Shown in pieces: positions 52,252 through 60,833 of a stretch of 64,000 nucleotides of DNA. Below the pieces are notes generated by a model. The model had not been told where the DNA came from. It searched no databases and was given only the letters and a program-made list of their open reading frames with translations. The stretch comes from a bacterium (GTDB taxonomy: Bacteria > Electryoneota > JAOADG01), in assembly GCA_963681965.1 (NCBI GenBank), contig OY820579.1, positions 736,001 through 800,000 of the forward strand, in the 5' to 3' direction. Numbering within the stretch: the first letter of the stretch is position 1; each line of letters opens with the position of its first letter. Made by a program: the position numbers and the translations under genes.

Positions 52252-52515
52252 CTAGTTACCACTAGACAGCATCCCAGTGACCCATGCGGCATACATTGCA
52301 ACAATCACAACAGCCAGGTAGAATGTTACCCCAATAATGCGAGTTTCTAATACGTCCAGAACGTACTTCCGGACTAAAATTTCCAACACCAGCGCAAGAA
52401 AAAGTATGTCTGCATTCCGGAGTACTTTCCTTCATAGAAGGTGCACTTCACTTGTCATCGAGTAAACTCTATCGGTCGTGTGGTTGTGACTATTGCTTTT
52501 CGACAGTCAATTCAT
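52252..52515 (-). pseudogene. Decayed membrane-sensor fragment (DUF4118-like)
   Basis: In-frame with internal stops: ...ILFLALVLEILVRKYVLDVLETRIIGVTFYLAVVIVAMYAAWVTGMLSSGN*. Confidence 0.45.
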
Positions 52516-52736
52516 CCTAACAATCGGATTCATATCAAGTAAAAAAGATGGTTCTGGGACAGGGGAGTAACTGGAAGTTAGGTTTATCGCGAAACCCAAT
52601 TGCAACTCGGTCGAAGGACGGTTTAGAATAAACTATACACTATCATCAAAGTGATACGAGACTTTTACTGCTTTTGGGGAGAGTACGTGTGATTGGGGGA
52701 ACCGACTAGATTGTTACAGTTGTCACCGCACGATGA

Positions 52737-53021
52737 CTACTTGATATCTTTCATCGATAGTGCCAATGAAACAATGATTATGACGGCGAAGACGATTTGC
52801 AGCTTTTTGTTCAGTCTGGGATTTCGGTCTTCTAGAAACGCGTAACCTAATGACATCGATGTAAAACCAATAAAGCCTATTGCCGGCAGATACGATTTAT
52901 CGACAAGACTAAATATTGCCATCGCAAGAAAGAAAATTACACCACAAATGTAGATGATTTTTCCCACTTTGGATTTCTCGATATCCTGTTTCCAGATCGA
53001 TTGTTTTTCCATCTTTTCCAT
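52737..53021 (-). CDS. Small three-TM membrane protein
   Basis: GGAG RBS; three hydrophobic helices. Confidence 0.65.
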   Translation of the reverse strand: MEKMEKQSIWKQDIEKSKVGKIIYICGVIFFLAMAIFSLVDKSYLPAIGFIGFTSMSLGYAFLEDRNPRLNKKLQIVFAVIIIVSLALSMKDIK

Positions 53022-53136
53022 AATGGCTCCCGATTATTCAGACACGTTCATGCATTGTTCAATATAATAAATCGATCGATTTGGAACCATAAATTCGAAT
53101 TTACTTGACAATTCTGTTCGACCGATACCAATCAAC

Positions 53137-53195
53137 AAAAAGGGTTTCGGGACAATATCCTGAAACCCTTATGCATTGCGGAGATTGGTGGATTC
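53137..53195 (-). repeat. R4: tRNA-Ser 3' end + terminator copy
   Basis: aaaaagggtttcggg-acaatat-cctgaaacccttat...tgcggagattggtggattc. Confidence 0.85.
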
Positions 53196-53207
53196 TGGTT
53201 TCGGTCG

Positions 53208-54281
53208 CTACTTGGTCAAGATCATTTTCTTGGTAGTCGTAAAGTTACGAGTCGACAACGTGTAAAAGTAGTTACCGGTCGGCAGACCGGTCGCATTGAA
53301 CTCAACTTTATAGGTGTTGGGCGTGTGAATGCCGTTCACGAGTTCTGCGACCGATTGACCCGTTTCATTGAATACCGACAGCTTCACTAGACCAGTCTCG
53401 TGGATGCTGTAGGTAATGCTGGTGGACGGGTTGAAAGGGTTGGGGTAATTCTGAGCCAGATTGTATTTGATCGGGATTTCACCCAGCGCCTTGACTGCTG
53501 GCGTCGCATTGATGACAAATCGACTCATTTTTTCGATACCATCAAGCGATACGTCGGCAATACGATAATAATAAGTGGTTCCATTGATAACGCGAGTGTC
53601 TTCGAAGGAATATTCATTGGGTGTGGAAGATGTGCCATGTCCAGTCACCTGCGTAAGCAATTCGCCGGTTGCATCTGCAGTGGTTGAGCGATAGAGGTTG
53701 AAATGCGCGTTGTTGATTTCGGTCTCGGTTCGCCAGCGGAGCATGACTTGGTGATCGGCACCCACGGCAGTAAACGACGTCATTTCTACCGGAAGCACAT
53801 TGTTGTTGAATTCGAGCTCCGCTAAATGAAATGTACCTGAATAATAGGTGCCGGTCGATAGCTTGATTTCCCAGATGCCGTTCGGATTTACACCATTGAA
53901 AAGAAAATTCAAATTGCCACCGGTGTTGTAGAATCCGGTAAACGGACTTGCGCCGGCATTCATCGCTATCGGAGAACCGTCCCAAAACACGGTATTCGTC
54001 AGATTTACTCCATTAGACAAATTCAGGACTACTTGTTCGGCACGACCCGGCGCTTTAATCAGTAGCGTCAACTGTCCGATCTGATCGTAGGTCACGTTCA
54101 GTCGGACTTTCAAACTGGTGATTGCCGTGATTGGCGTCGAGACGTTGACGAAGACATGTCCCATGTTGTAAGTACGGATCTGGTCGGATGCGGTTGAACT
54201 GAACATCGGTGTAAAAGATGCAGCCATCGCAATTGTACTGCTGAAAAGCACGGCAAGTATCGCAAATCTAACAAGCTTCAT
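53208..54281 (-). CDS. Secreted proprotein-convertase P-domain-like protein with LPVE module and T9SS-like C-terminal domain
   Basis: F.G.NPNG.W.I; LPVEMTSF; NYPNPFNPST...KKMILTK. Confidence 0.8.
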   Translation of the reverse strand: MKLVRFAILAVLFSSTIAMAASFTPMFSSTASDQIRTYNMGHVFVNVSTPITAITSLKVRLNVTYDQIGQLTLLIKAPGRAEQVVLNLSNGVNLTNTVFWDGSPIAMNAGASPFTGFYNTGGNLNFLFNGVNPNGIWEIKLSTGTYYSGTFHLAELEFNNNVLPVEMTSFTAVGADHQVMLRWRTETEINNAHFNLYRSTTADATGELLTQVTGHGTSSTPNEYSFEDTRVINGTTYYYRIADVSLDGIEKMSRFVINATPAVKALGEIPIKYNLAQNYPNPFNPSTSITYSIHETGLVKLSVFNETGQSVAELVNGIHTPNTYKVEFNATGLPTGNYFYTLSTRNFTTTKKMILTK

Positions 54282-54379
54282 AATTGCTCCTCTAGGTTGT
54301 TCGGTTGAATTTAAGATCGTCGGTTATTACTTATATCGATTCAATCGGCTGGGAGCTTTATTGAGGTTGGTAAAACCAC

Positions 54380-54448
54380 AAAAAAAAGGCTTCAGGACGA
54401 TATCCTGAAACCAATTAACAATGCGGAGAGACTTCCGGGGATTCGAAT
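54380..54448 (-). repeat. R3: tRNA-Ser 3' end + terminator copy
   Basis: aaaaaaaggcttcagg-acgatat-cctgaaacc...tgcggagagacttccggggattcgaa. Confidence 0.88.
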
Positions 54449-54462
54449 CTTGGTTGGCGAAA

Positions 54463-54951
54463 TTATTCCCCGTTGAACGCTCGCTCGAGCACGGCAATAT
54501 CCAATTTTTTCATCGGGAACATCGCTTGTGCCATTCGATTCACTTTCTGTGGATCGGGATCGCTGAACATTTCACCCAGTTGGTGTGGGACGATCTGCCA
54601 CGACAAACCGAACCGATCGATCAACCAGCCGCATTGACTCTCTTGACCACCGTCGGCAGTCAGCTTGTTCCACAATTCATCGATTTCTGCCTGCGAATCG
54701 CACTCGACATGGAGTGAAAATGCTTCGTTCAATTTGTAATGCGGACCGCCATCGATTGCCATATAGGTCACCCCGTCCAACTCGAACAGTGCCGTGAGCA
54801 CTTTCCCCTTCATCTCCGGCATGAAGTCACCATAACGCGTGATCGATATGATGCGGGAATTTTGGAACAGCGATACATAGAAATTGATCGCTTCTTCGGC
54901 GTTACGGTCGAACCAGAGAAAGGGGGTAATTTTCTGTTTCATGGTAAGCAT
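54463..54951 (-). CDS. VOC family protein (PhnB/3-dmu-9 3-methyltransferase-like)
   Basis: QKITPFLWF, CGWLIDRFGLSWQIVP, MKKLDIA. Confidence 0.92.
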   Translation of the reverse strand: MLTMKQKITPFLWFDRNAEEAINFYVSLFQNSRIISITRYGDFMPEMKGKVLTALFELDGVTYMAIDGGPHYKLNEAFSLHVECDSQAEIDELWNKLTADGGQESQCGWLIDRFGLSWQIVPHQLGEMFSDPDPQKVNRMAQAMFPMKKLDIAVLERAFNGE

Positions 54952-55288
54952 TCCAGTTAGATGATTGAAAAAATGTAATACGATATATTCGGAAAGCAGA
55001 CAAACCAGTTTGCGCTATCTCGATCACTGCCATTTGTGATTTTAGTTCAGTATTAATATATAAGTGGTTATTAAAGCTTATATTGCGCACATTATTACAT
55101 CAAAACCAAATACCTTAAACGTTTTATTGCCAGAAAGCCAAAATTTAACTAAATTAGTTAATGCTTAACTGAATTTGAAGAAAAAAGATAAAATATAATC
55201 ACTATAACCAAACTTGTTTAATAAATTTAGATGGCATTGCCGCGCATTTAAACAAAATAAAGAGAGCTTAACTGTTTTAGAGGTAAAG

Positions 55289-56815
55289 ATGAACGATTTA
55301 ACTCTTGCCGATGAATCAACCAGACCGTTAGGTTATGTGGCACTCTGCCATCGATACCAGATCGATCCGGTAACCTTGTGGCACGAATCGTTTGTGTCCC
55401 GAAGTGGAGTACATAGTAAGCTTGATCATGATGATAAGATAACAGAGATCTTTCCGTTACAGTACGATCCGGGGGATCGGGATTGCGACCAACTTGCATT
55501 CGCTCTGAAATATGATGGTGTGAATCTCGCCCTTCTGACTCAACTTTTTGCGAGAATGCCAGTATCCGAGCTGGTTGCGTACATACAAGAAACACCGCTC
55601 GGCAAGTTTCGTCGGCAGATCTGGTACTTCTATGAGTTTCTAACGGGAAACCGGCTCCCAATCGATGATCTGCCACCACGAGGCGGGTATGTTGACTTAC
55701 TCGATCCAGAGGTGTATTACACGATCTCGCCAACCACCCCAATCCGTCGTCAACGTATCAACGAGAATTTGCTCGGAGATCGCCGGTTCTGTCCGATCAT
55801 TCGCAAATCGGATACGTTAAAGAAGCACAATGATACGGATTTCCGCAAGAAGATGGACGAAATTGTTGCTCAATATCCCAAAGATCTACTCACCCGGGCG
55901 ATGAGCTACTCGTTTACAAAAGAAACAAAATCATCGTTCGAATTGGAAAAAATCACCCCTTCGGTTCCGAAAACGGAGCGGTTCGTTGCACTTCTGCTTG
56001 ATGCCGAGCGGGTAGATTATTGTGTGAAGAGTCAACTGATCGAATTGCAAAATCGAATCGTCGACAATCGATATCGACAAACGGATTATCGTAGCGATCA
56101 GAACTACATCGGTGAGATAATCGATTCTGGTCGCGAACGAGTACATTATGTCTGTCCCAAGCCGGCGCATATTCATGAGCTTATGGCTGGTCTTCTCACT
56201 AGTCATTTGCGACTAGAGAAGGGAGGTGTACCCCCTATCGTACATGCGGCGATCGTTGCCTTTGGTTTTGTTTATCTGCACCCCTTCGACGATGGCAATG
56301 GTCGTATTCACCGCTTTCTAATCCATAATGTGTTAGCCCGGCGCGGCATTACTCCACCGGGTATGATCTTTCCCATTTCCGCGGTGCTGGTAAACAATAA
56401 ACACGATTACGATCATGCCTTGGAAGTACTCTCGAAACCGATCATGAGTGTCGTCGATTACAAGTTGGATGAAGATGGGTGTATGAGTGTTGAAAACGAC
56501 ATCTCGTATTTCTATCGTTACATGGACCTTACGGTCCAAACCGAGTATCTGCATCGTTTCATACAGATTGCGATCGAATGTGAGGTAGTACAGGAGTTGG
56601 CATTTCTCGTAAATTACGATGTCGTCAAGGAACGCATTCAGGATGTTGTGGATATGCCTGAACGTAAGCTCAATCTGTTTATCAGAATTTGCCGCGAGAA
56701 TCGTGGTCGCTTGTCGAAAGCGAAGCGTAATGATCACTTCGACGAGCTGAGCGACGAAGATGTCGCGAAGTTAGAGGCAATTATACGCGAAGGTTTTACC
56801 GTAGAGGAAATGTAA
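55289..56815 (+). CDS. Fic-domain protein
   Basis: HPFDDGNGRIHR canonical Fic motif; KETKSSFELE; GAGG RBS before ATG 55289. Confidence 0.9.
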   Translation: MNDLTLADESTRPLGYVALCHRYQIDPVTLWHESFVSRSGVHSKLDHDDKITEIFPLQYDPGDRDCDQLAFALKYDGVNLALLTQLFARMPVSELVAYIQETPLGKFRRQIWYFYEFLTGNRLPIDDLPPRGGYVDLLDPEVYYTISPTTPIRRQRINENLLGDRRFCPIIRKSDTLKKHNDTDFRKKMDEIVAQYPKDLLTRAMSYSFTKETKSSFELEKITPSVPKTERFVALLLDAERVDYCVKSQLIELQNRIVDNRYRQTDYRSDQNYIGEIIDSGRERVHYVCPKPAHIHELMAGLLTSHLRLEKGGVPPIVHAAIVAFGFVYLHPFDDGNGRIHRFLIHNVLARRGITPPGMIFPISAVLVNNKHDYDHALEVLSKPIMSVVDYKLDEDGCMSVENDISYFYRYMDLTVQTEYLHRFIQIAIECEVVQELAFLVNYDVVKERIQDVVDMPERKLNLFIRICRENRGRLSKAKRNDHFDELSDEDVAKLEAIIREGFTVEEM

Positions 56816-56934
56816 AAAAATGGGTGAGTGTCGTCTCACCAGCTCTAATTTTGCCGCGTGATGTGGTCGAATTACTGACCGTCCTTCAATGCGACCCTTT
56901 CTGATAGTAAATCTGTAAGTAGTATCCTAAACAC

Positions 56935-56969
56935 AAAAAAGGGCTTCAGGAACCGGTCCTGAAACCCTT
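56935..56969 (-). repeat. R2: tRNA-terminator hairpin copy
   Basis: aaaaaagggcttcagg-aaccggt-cctgaaaccctt; arms identical to those at the tRNA. Confidence 0.88.
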
Positions 56970-56994
56970 GTACGACGAAGCATCATCGACGAAT

Positions 56995-57423
56995 TCACGA
57001 GTCGGTGGATGACCTGTTTGCATACTTGCGATACGCCTCGCGCCCCTCGGAATTCCACCAGGCATCATATCCCTTCCAATCCTCGATCTCGTCGTCGTCG
57101 CCATTACCGCGGCGGGACGGTTTGTGAATTGAGATACCCGGTGCCTCGATACTCACTTCTTCATGATCGCAACACTCGTGTTTGTGTTTCCATTTACCGT
57201 GGTGATTCATGCTGCCGAACAGGAATCTGCCCAGTATCATCAAACCGAATGCCTGCCAATAGGTGATTTGCTTCAGCGCGAACAGATCCGGCATCAGCCA
57301 GTTCCACAACCACATCACCACGAATCCGAATACCAATGCGAAAATCACTGCGGCGAAGACTCCACCGACTACTTTCACCGCGAATCGCGGCTTGTGGCGA
57401 TGTACATGAATATGAGCGTTCAT
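56995..57423 (-). CDS. Membrane protein coupled to the ECF sigma (candidate anti-sigma)
   Basis: ATGA overlap with sigma stop; VVMWLWNWLMPDLF..ITYWQA.G; His/Cys-rich tail. Confidence 0.75.
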   Translation of the reverse strand: MNAHIHVHRHKPRFAVKVVGGVFAAVIFALVFGFVVMWLWNWLMPDLFALKQITYWQAFGLMILGRFLFGSMNHHGKWKHKHECCDHEEVSIEAPGISIHKPSRRGNGDDDEIEDWKGYDAWWNSEGREAYRKYANRSSTDS

Positions 57424-57977
57424 TTTGTTTGATCCTCTTCGATTAAATCTGCCAATGCTTTTTGTAACGACGCCTCTGCCCGGTGTTTGCGCGAGAGCAG
57501 GGTCCCGATGGGGATGTGCCACAACTCCGACAATTCCCGGAACGCATACCCATCCAATTCCGTCGCAACCCAAACGGCACGTTGTTTGGGCTCCAACTGA
57601 TCCAGTGCCGCCACCAATCGTCGTTGGGTCTCCCGCTGATTCAGTACCGTTTGCATATCGTACTGCAATGCGGGATGCGTCTCCTCCAGCGAAGGCTTGC
57701 CTTCCGGGGGAACTTGGCTTAATGAGACTTGGTGCTTCCGATGACGGAGATAGTCGATTGTCCGAAATTGAATCGATCGGTAGATGTATGCGCCGAGGTT
57801 TTCGATTCGTTCACCGATATCTACCTGATTGAAGAGATCGATCATCAAGCCGCTGACAATGTCCTCGACTTCCATCGTCGACAAAGATTCATACTTCGCC
57901 CGGAATGTTTTCACCAGCTTCTGATATTGGTTGCTGAAGAATTGGCTAAGGTTGTTGTGTTGTTCTTGTTTGGTCAT
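57420..57977 (-). CDS. ECF RNA polymerase sigma factor
   Basis: EDIV, YIYRSI..R.ID..R, region 4 IPIGTLLSRKHRA. Confidence 0.9.
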   Translation of the reverse strand: MTKQEQHNNLSQFFSNQYQKLVKTFRAKYESLSTMEVEDIVSGLMIDLFNQVDIGERIENLGAYIYRSIQFRTIDYLRHRKHQVSLSQVPPEGKPSLEETHPALQYDMQTVLNQRETQRRLVAALDQLEPKQRAVWVATELDGYAFRELSELWHIPIGTLLSRKHRAEASLQKALADLIEEDQTK

Positions 57978-58168
57978 GTCTCGGTTATGATCTCATCCTC
58001 TATCGGTATGACGAATCAGCGAGGGTATTTATTGCATCAGAGATTTTACTGAAGTTAGGATAAAAAACAGCGTGGGAGAACTAGCGTCGGTGCTTCGAAG
58101 TAACTCGCGCGCATGGGGAGATAGAAATCTCGATTCATTTTGGCGGAATAATTAGTTGACAACGACCT

Positions 58169-58222
58169 AAAAAAAGGACTTCAGGACACGATCTTGGAAC
58201 TCTGATCCGGTATGGATATTCG
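58169..58222 (-). repeat. R1: degenerate tRNA-terminator copy
   Basis: aaaaaaaggacttcagg-acacgat-cttggaactc. Confidence 0.7.
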
Positions 58223-58351
58223 CGATGTGTTCCGTTTCGGGTATCTGGCATTTTTAAAAACCATATTGATATAACAAACGAATATAACTTATATTACGTA
58301 CGTTATTTCAGGGTTTTTATCCACAACCAAACATCAGTCTATGGAGGGTTC

Positions 58352-58993
58352 ATGAGAAAATTAGCTATGTTGGTCGTTCTGTTCACAATTGCAATGACCG
58401 CAATGACAGCTAACGCTAAAATCGGTTTCGACGTTGGACTTCGTCTTAGTTCGCTGGGATACGGTGTCGAAGTCAGTAAAACGGTTTTTAAGAAATTAGA
58501 CACCCGTGCCACGTTCCAACTGGGAAGTTATCAAACGGATGGCACGATCGAATCGAAAGAGTTGAAGTACGACACGAAGTTTAATTTGTCGTCGTGGAGT
58601 CTCTTGGCCGATTATCACGTTTTTGGGGGCAACTTCTTTACCACTGTCGGCGTGATCGGTAATGGTAATAAGATCGACGCTACAGTGGGCCCATCCGCAT
58701 CGCGTCGGATCGGTAGCCGAACTTATACAGCCACAGAGCAGGGATCACTGACCGCGAATATCACGTGGCCTTCGATGGCCCCTTACGTTGGTGTCGGCTT
58801 TGGCGGACAACAGTCAAATGAGGGTCATTGGCGATTCGAGTTGGGTGCGATGTTTCAAGGTTCTCCCAAAGTCAGCATGAGTGGTACCGGAATGATTGCA
58901 CCGTCCGCCGCTAACGCTCCCACTTTGGAAGACGATCTCGCCGGCGCCAAGACTTGGCTTGTCACAAGTATCAGCTACCGGTTCAGCCTCTAA
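58352..58993 (+). CDS. Outer-membrane beta-barrel protein
   Basis: Signal peptide; SSLGYG.E, APYVGVGF, ELGAMFQGSP, C-terminal SYRF. Confidence 0.8.
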   Translation: MRKLAMLVVLFTIAMTAMTANAKIGFDVGLRLSSLGYGVEVSKTVFKKLDTRATFQLGSYQTDGTIESKELKYDTKFNLSSWSLLADYHVFGGNFFTTVGVIGNGNKIDATVGPSASRRIGSRTYTATEQGSLTANITWPSMAPYVGVGFGGQQSNEGHWRFELGAMFQGSPKVSMSGTGMIAPSAANAPTLEDDLAGAKTWLVTSISYRFSL

Positions 58994-59014
58994 GCTTGGA
59001 AAGGAACAATACAC

Positions 59015-60085
59015 ATGAAAACGAAAAAAATAACTCTGCTGTTTACTCTGGTGGGTGCGTTGTTGCTCCTCGCGATGGGCTGCTCGGTTAAGAATCCCAA
59101 CGACAGCTTCAATCTCCTGGTGGAAGGCTCTTTTGAAAAAGCGATTATGGATAGCCTTCAGACGTCTGCTACCGGCTTGGATACAACACTCGTAACGAAT
59201 CAGCGGCTGATTGGGACAAGTTCATCAGACGAAACAAATGCTACGGGCGTTATCGTCGTTCCACTGTCAATGACTTTAGCACGAAGCATTGCAGCTCTTC
59301 TTCACAGTGGTAGTAGTTTAATACAAATCATTAGCGGTTCTGTTATTAACAATTCGACCAATTCTTTAGACTTCTTTGTGTACTTGGATACGAGCAGTAC
59401 GTATGGTACCGGGATTTCAGCTCGCACGAGTTCGAAAATTTGTAGCTTACACGTGAATGTGGGTACTTCAAGTGAAATGCTTGAAAATGGGACGTATTTT
59501 AATACTACTTTCAACTCGTCAATGCTGGGTAGTAGGAACAACCCGCGCCTTGTGTTTCTGTACCTTGTGGTGATTGGAAACCCAACTGCGGATCTCACAA
59601 TTGAAACGATGCGTTTAACAGTACCACCAAATATTGCTGTTATCGGTAACGTAACTCCCAATGATGTGAGTCAATACACACTGGAGGACTTGTCTGAGAT
59701 CGGGTTGGGTGGTACAATTAGGGCAGGTGCTGGTTCTGCGAACAATGTTGACTCACTTCTCGTTACCTTTGCCTGCAAATCGGGCACTGGTACCGATACG
59801 ACGATAACCGGTTTAACAACGATTGGATCTGTCATAGCTCGCCGTACAGACTACACAACCAATGGTTTCATTGTATCAATCGATTCACTCTCGAGTCAAA
59901 TCCTCGGTAACGCTACGGGAAGGGCTGCATTGATGGCACGCTTTCGGGAGTTATTCCCCCCCACAAGTCTTGGGAGTTTCTTCCGGGTTGACATCACTGC
60001 TTACCACAGAAACTCGTCTCAAGTGATGCCTTTTCATGTCAACGATCTTCGCATTATCACGAATGCACAGGTTAGGCGAAACTAA
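59015..60085 (+). CDS. Hypothetical lipoprotein
   Basis: Lipobox AMGC; Ser/Thr-rich beta-type sequence. Confidence 0.7.
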   Translation: MKTKKITLLFTLVGALLLLAMGCSVKNPNDSFNLLVEGSFEKAIMDSLQTSATGLDTTLVTNQRLIGTSSSDETNATGVIVVPLSMTLARSIAALLHSGSSLIQIISGSVINNSTNSLDFFVYLDTSSTYGTGISARTSSKICSLHVNVGTSSEMLENGTYFNTTFNSSMLGSRNNPRLVFLYLVVIGNPTADLTIETMRLTVPPNIAVIGNVTPNDVSQYTLEDLSEIGLGGTIRAGAGSANNVDSLLVTFACKSGTGTDTTITGLTTIGSVIARRTDYTTNGFIVSIDSLSSQILGNATGRAALMARFRELFPPTSLGSFFRVDITAYHRNSSQVMPFHVNDLRIITNAQVRRN

Positions 60086-60109
60086 CGGAACCCACCTATA
60101 ATCGTGAAG

Positions 60110-60136
60110 CGGGTCGGAGATACTCCGACCCGTTTT
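60110..60136 (+). terminator. Rho-independent terminator
   Basis: cgggtcggag-ata-ctccgacccg-tttt. Confidence 0.8.
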
Positions 60137-60167
60137 CATTGAAAACTCGATCTTATTTTTACGCCCT

Positions 60168-60200
60168 AAAAAAGGGCTTCAGGATAATTTCCTGAAACCC
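60168..60200 (-). terminator. Terminator of the tRNA-Ser cluster (R0, template of the repeats)
   Basis: Minus strand GGGTTTCAGG-AAATTAT-CCTGAAGCCC-TTTTTT. Confidence 0.85.
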
Positions 60201-60210
60201 TTATCTGGTG

Positions 60211-60297
60211 CGGAGAGTGGGGGATTCGAACCCTCGGTACGGTTTCCCGTACGCACGCCTTCCAAGCGTGTGCCTTAAACCACTCGGCCAACTCTCC
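60211..60297 (-). tRNA. tRNA-Ser(GGA)
   Basis: GGAGAGTTGGCCGAGTGG...TT-GGA-AG...GTTCGAATCCCCCACTCTCCG. Confidence 0.96.
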
Positions 60298-60302
60298 AAT
60301 AC

Positions 60303-60416
60303 GGGTGTTGGGTGGTAGGTGGTGGGTGATGGGAAAAAGAAAAAAAGGGGGATCGGTATCAGTCACCCGACACCTATCACCCACACCACAGAACCTACAA
60401 CCTACTACCTATCCTA
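60303..60416. repeat. Heptamer-repeat inverted unit 1 (empty)
   Basis: gggtgtt gggtggt aggtggt gggtgat ... acccgac acctatc acccac / acctaca acctact acctatc. Confidence 0.75.
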
Positions 60417-60419
60417 AAG

Positions 60420-60508
<89 letters not shown>

Positions 60509-60513
60509 AAATC

Positions 60514-60643
60514 GGGGAATGGGGGATAGGGGGTGGTGATTAGGAAAAAGATAAAGAGGAAAACCGGAAGATAACATCGTATCTTAACATGTTTTCGTTG
60601 GATTATCTTTGTCCCGAAACCGAAACCCTAAGCCCTAATACCC
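60514..60643. repeat. Heptamer-repeat inverted unit 2 (empty)
   Basis: ggggaat gggggat agggggt ... cccgaaa ccgaaac cctaagc cctaata ccc. Confidence 0.6.
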
Positions 60644-60654
60644 AGCTTGTTGCG

Positions 60655-60738
60655 CGGAGGAGGAGGGACTCGAACCCCCATGCGCTTTCACGCGGCGGTT
60701 TTCAAGACCGCTGCCTTACCAATTAGGACTACTCCTCC
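60655..60738 (-). tRNA. tRNA-Ser(TGA)
   Basis: GGAGGAGTAGTCCTAATTGG...CT-TGA-AA...GTTCGAGTCCCTCCTCCTCCG. Confidence 0.95.
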
Positions 60739-60747
60739 AAGCGTTCT

Positions 60748-60776
60748 AAGTTAGAAGGTCGAATCGGCAAAGTCAA
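60748..60776 (-). promoter_or_regulatory. Promoter of the tRNA-Ser cluster
   Basis: TTGACT-N17-TAACTT just upstream of tRNA-Ser(TGA). Confidence 0.55.
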
Positions 60777-60833
60777 CACGACAGGGATTGGGTGTTGGGT
60801 GGTAGGTGATGGGTGGTTGGAGAAAGATACAAG

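Noticed and set aside
52540-52715. Further cassette-repeat copies (ggtttatcgcgaaacccaatt; ggggagagtacg), and similar at ~47148
   Set aside because: Too degenerate to separate from chance by eye; needs a profile search.
2208-60167. Prophage or ICE
   Set aside because: No integrase, phage structural, relaxase or conjugation genes recognised.
41099-60230. CRISPR array or classical integron attC array
   Set aside because: Repeats are kilobases apart and tRNA-derived; no cas or intI gene and no RYYYAAC...GTTRRRY ends seen.
60655-60738. tRNA-Leu or tRNA-Sec assignment
   Set aside because: Anticodon loop CT-TGA-AA gives Ser(TGA), with G discriminator and a normal acceptor stem.
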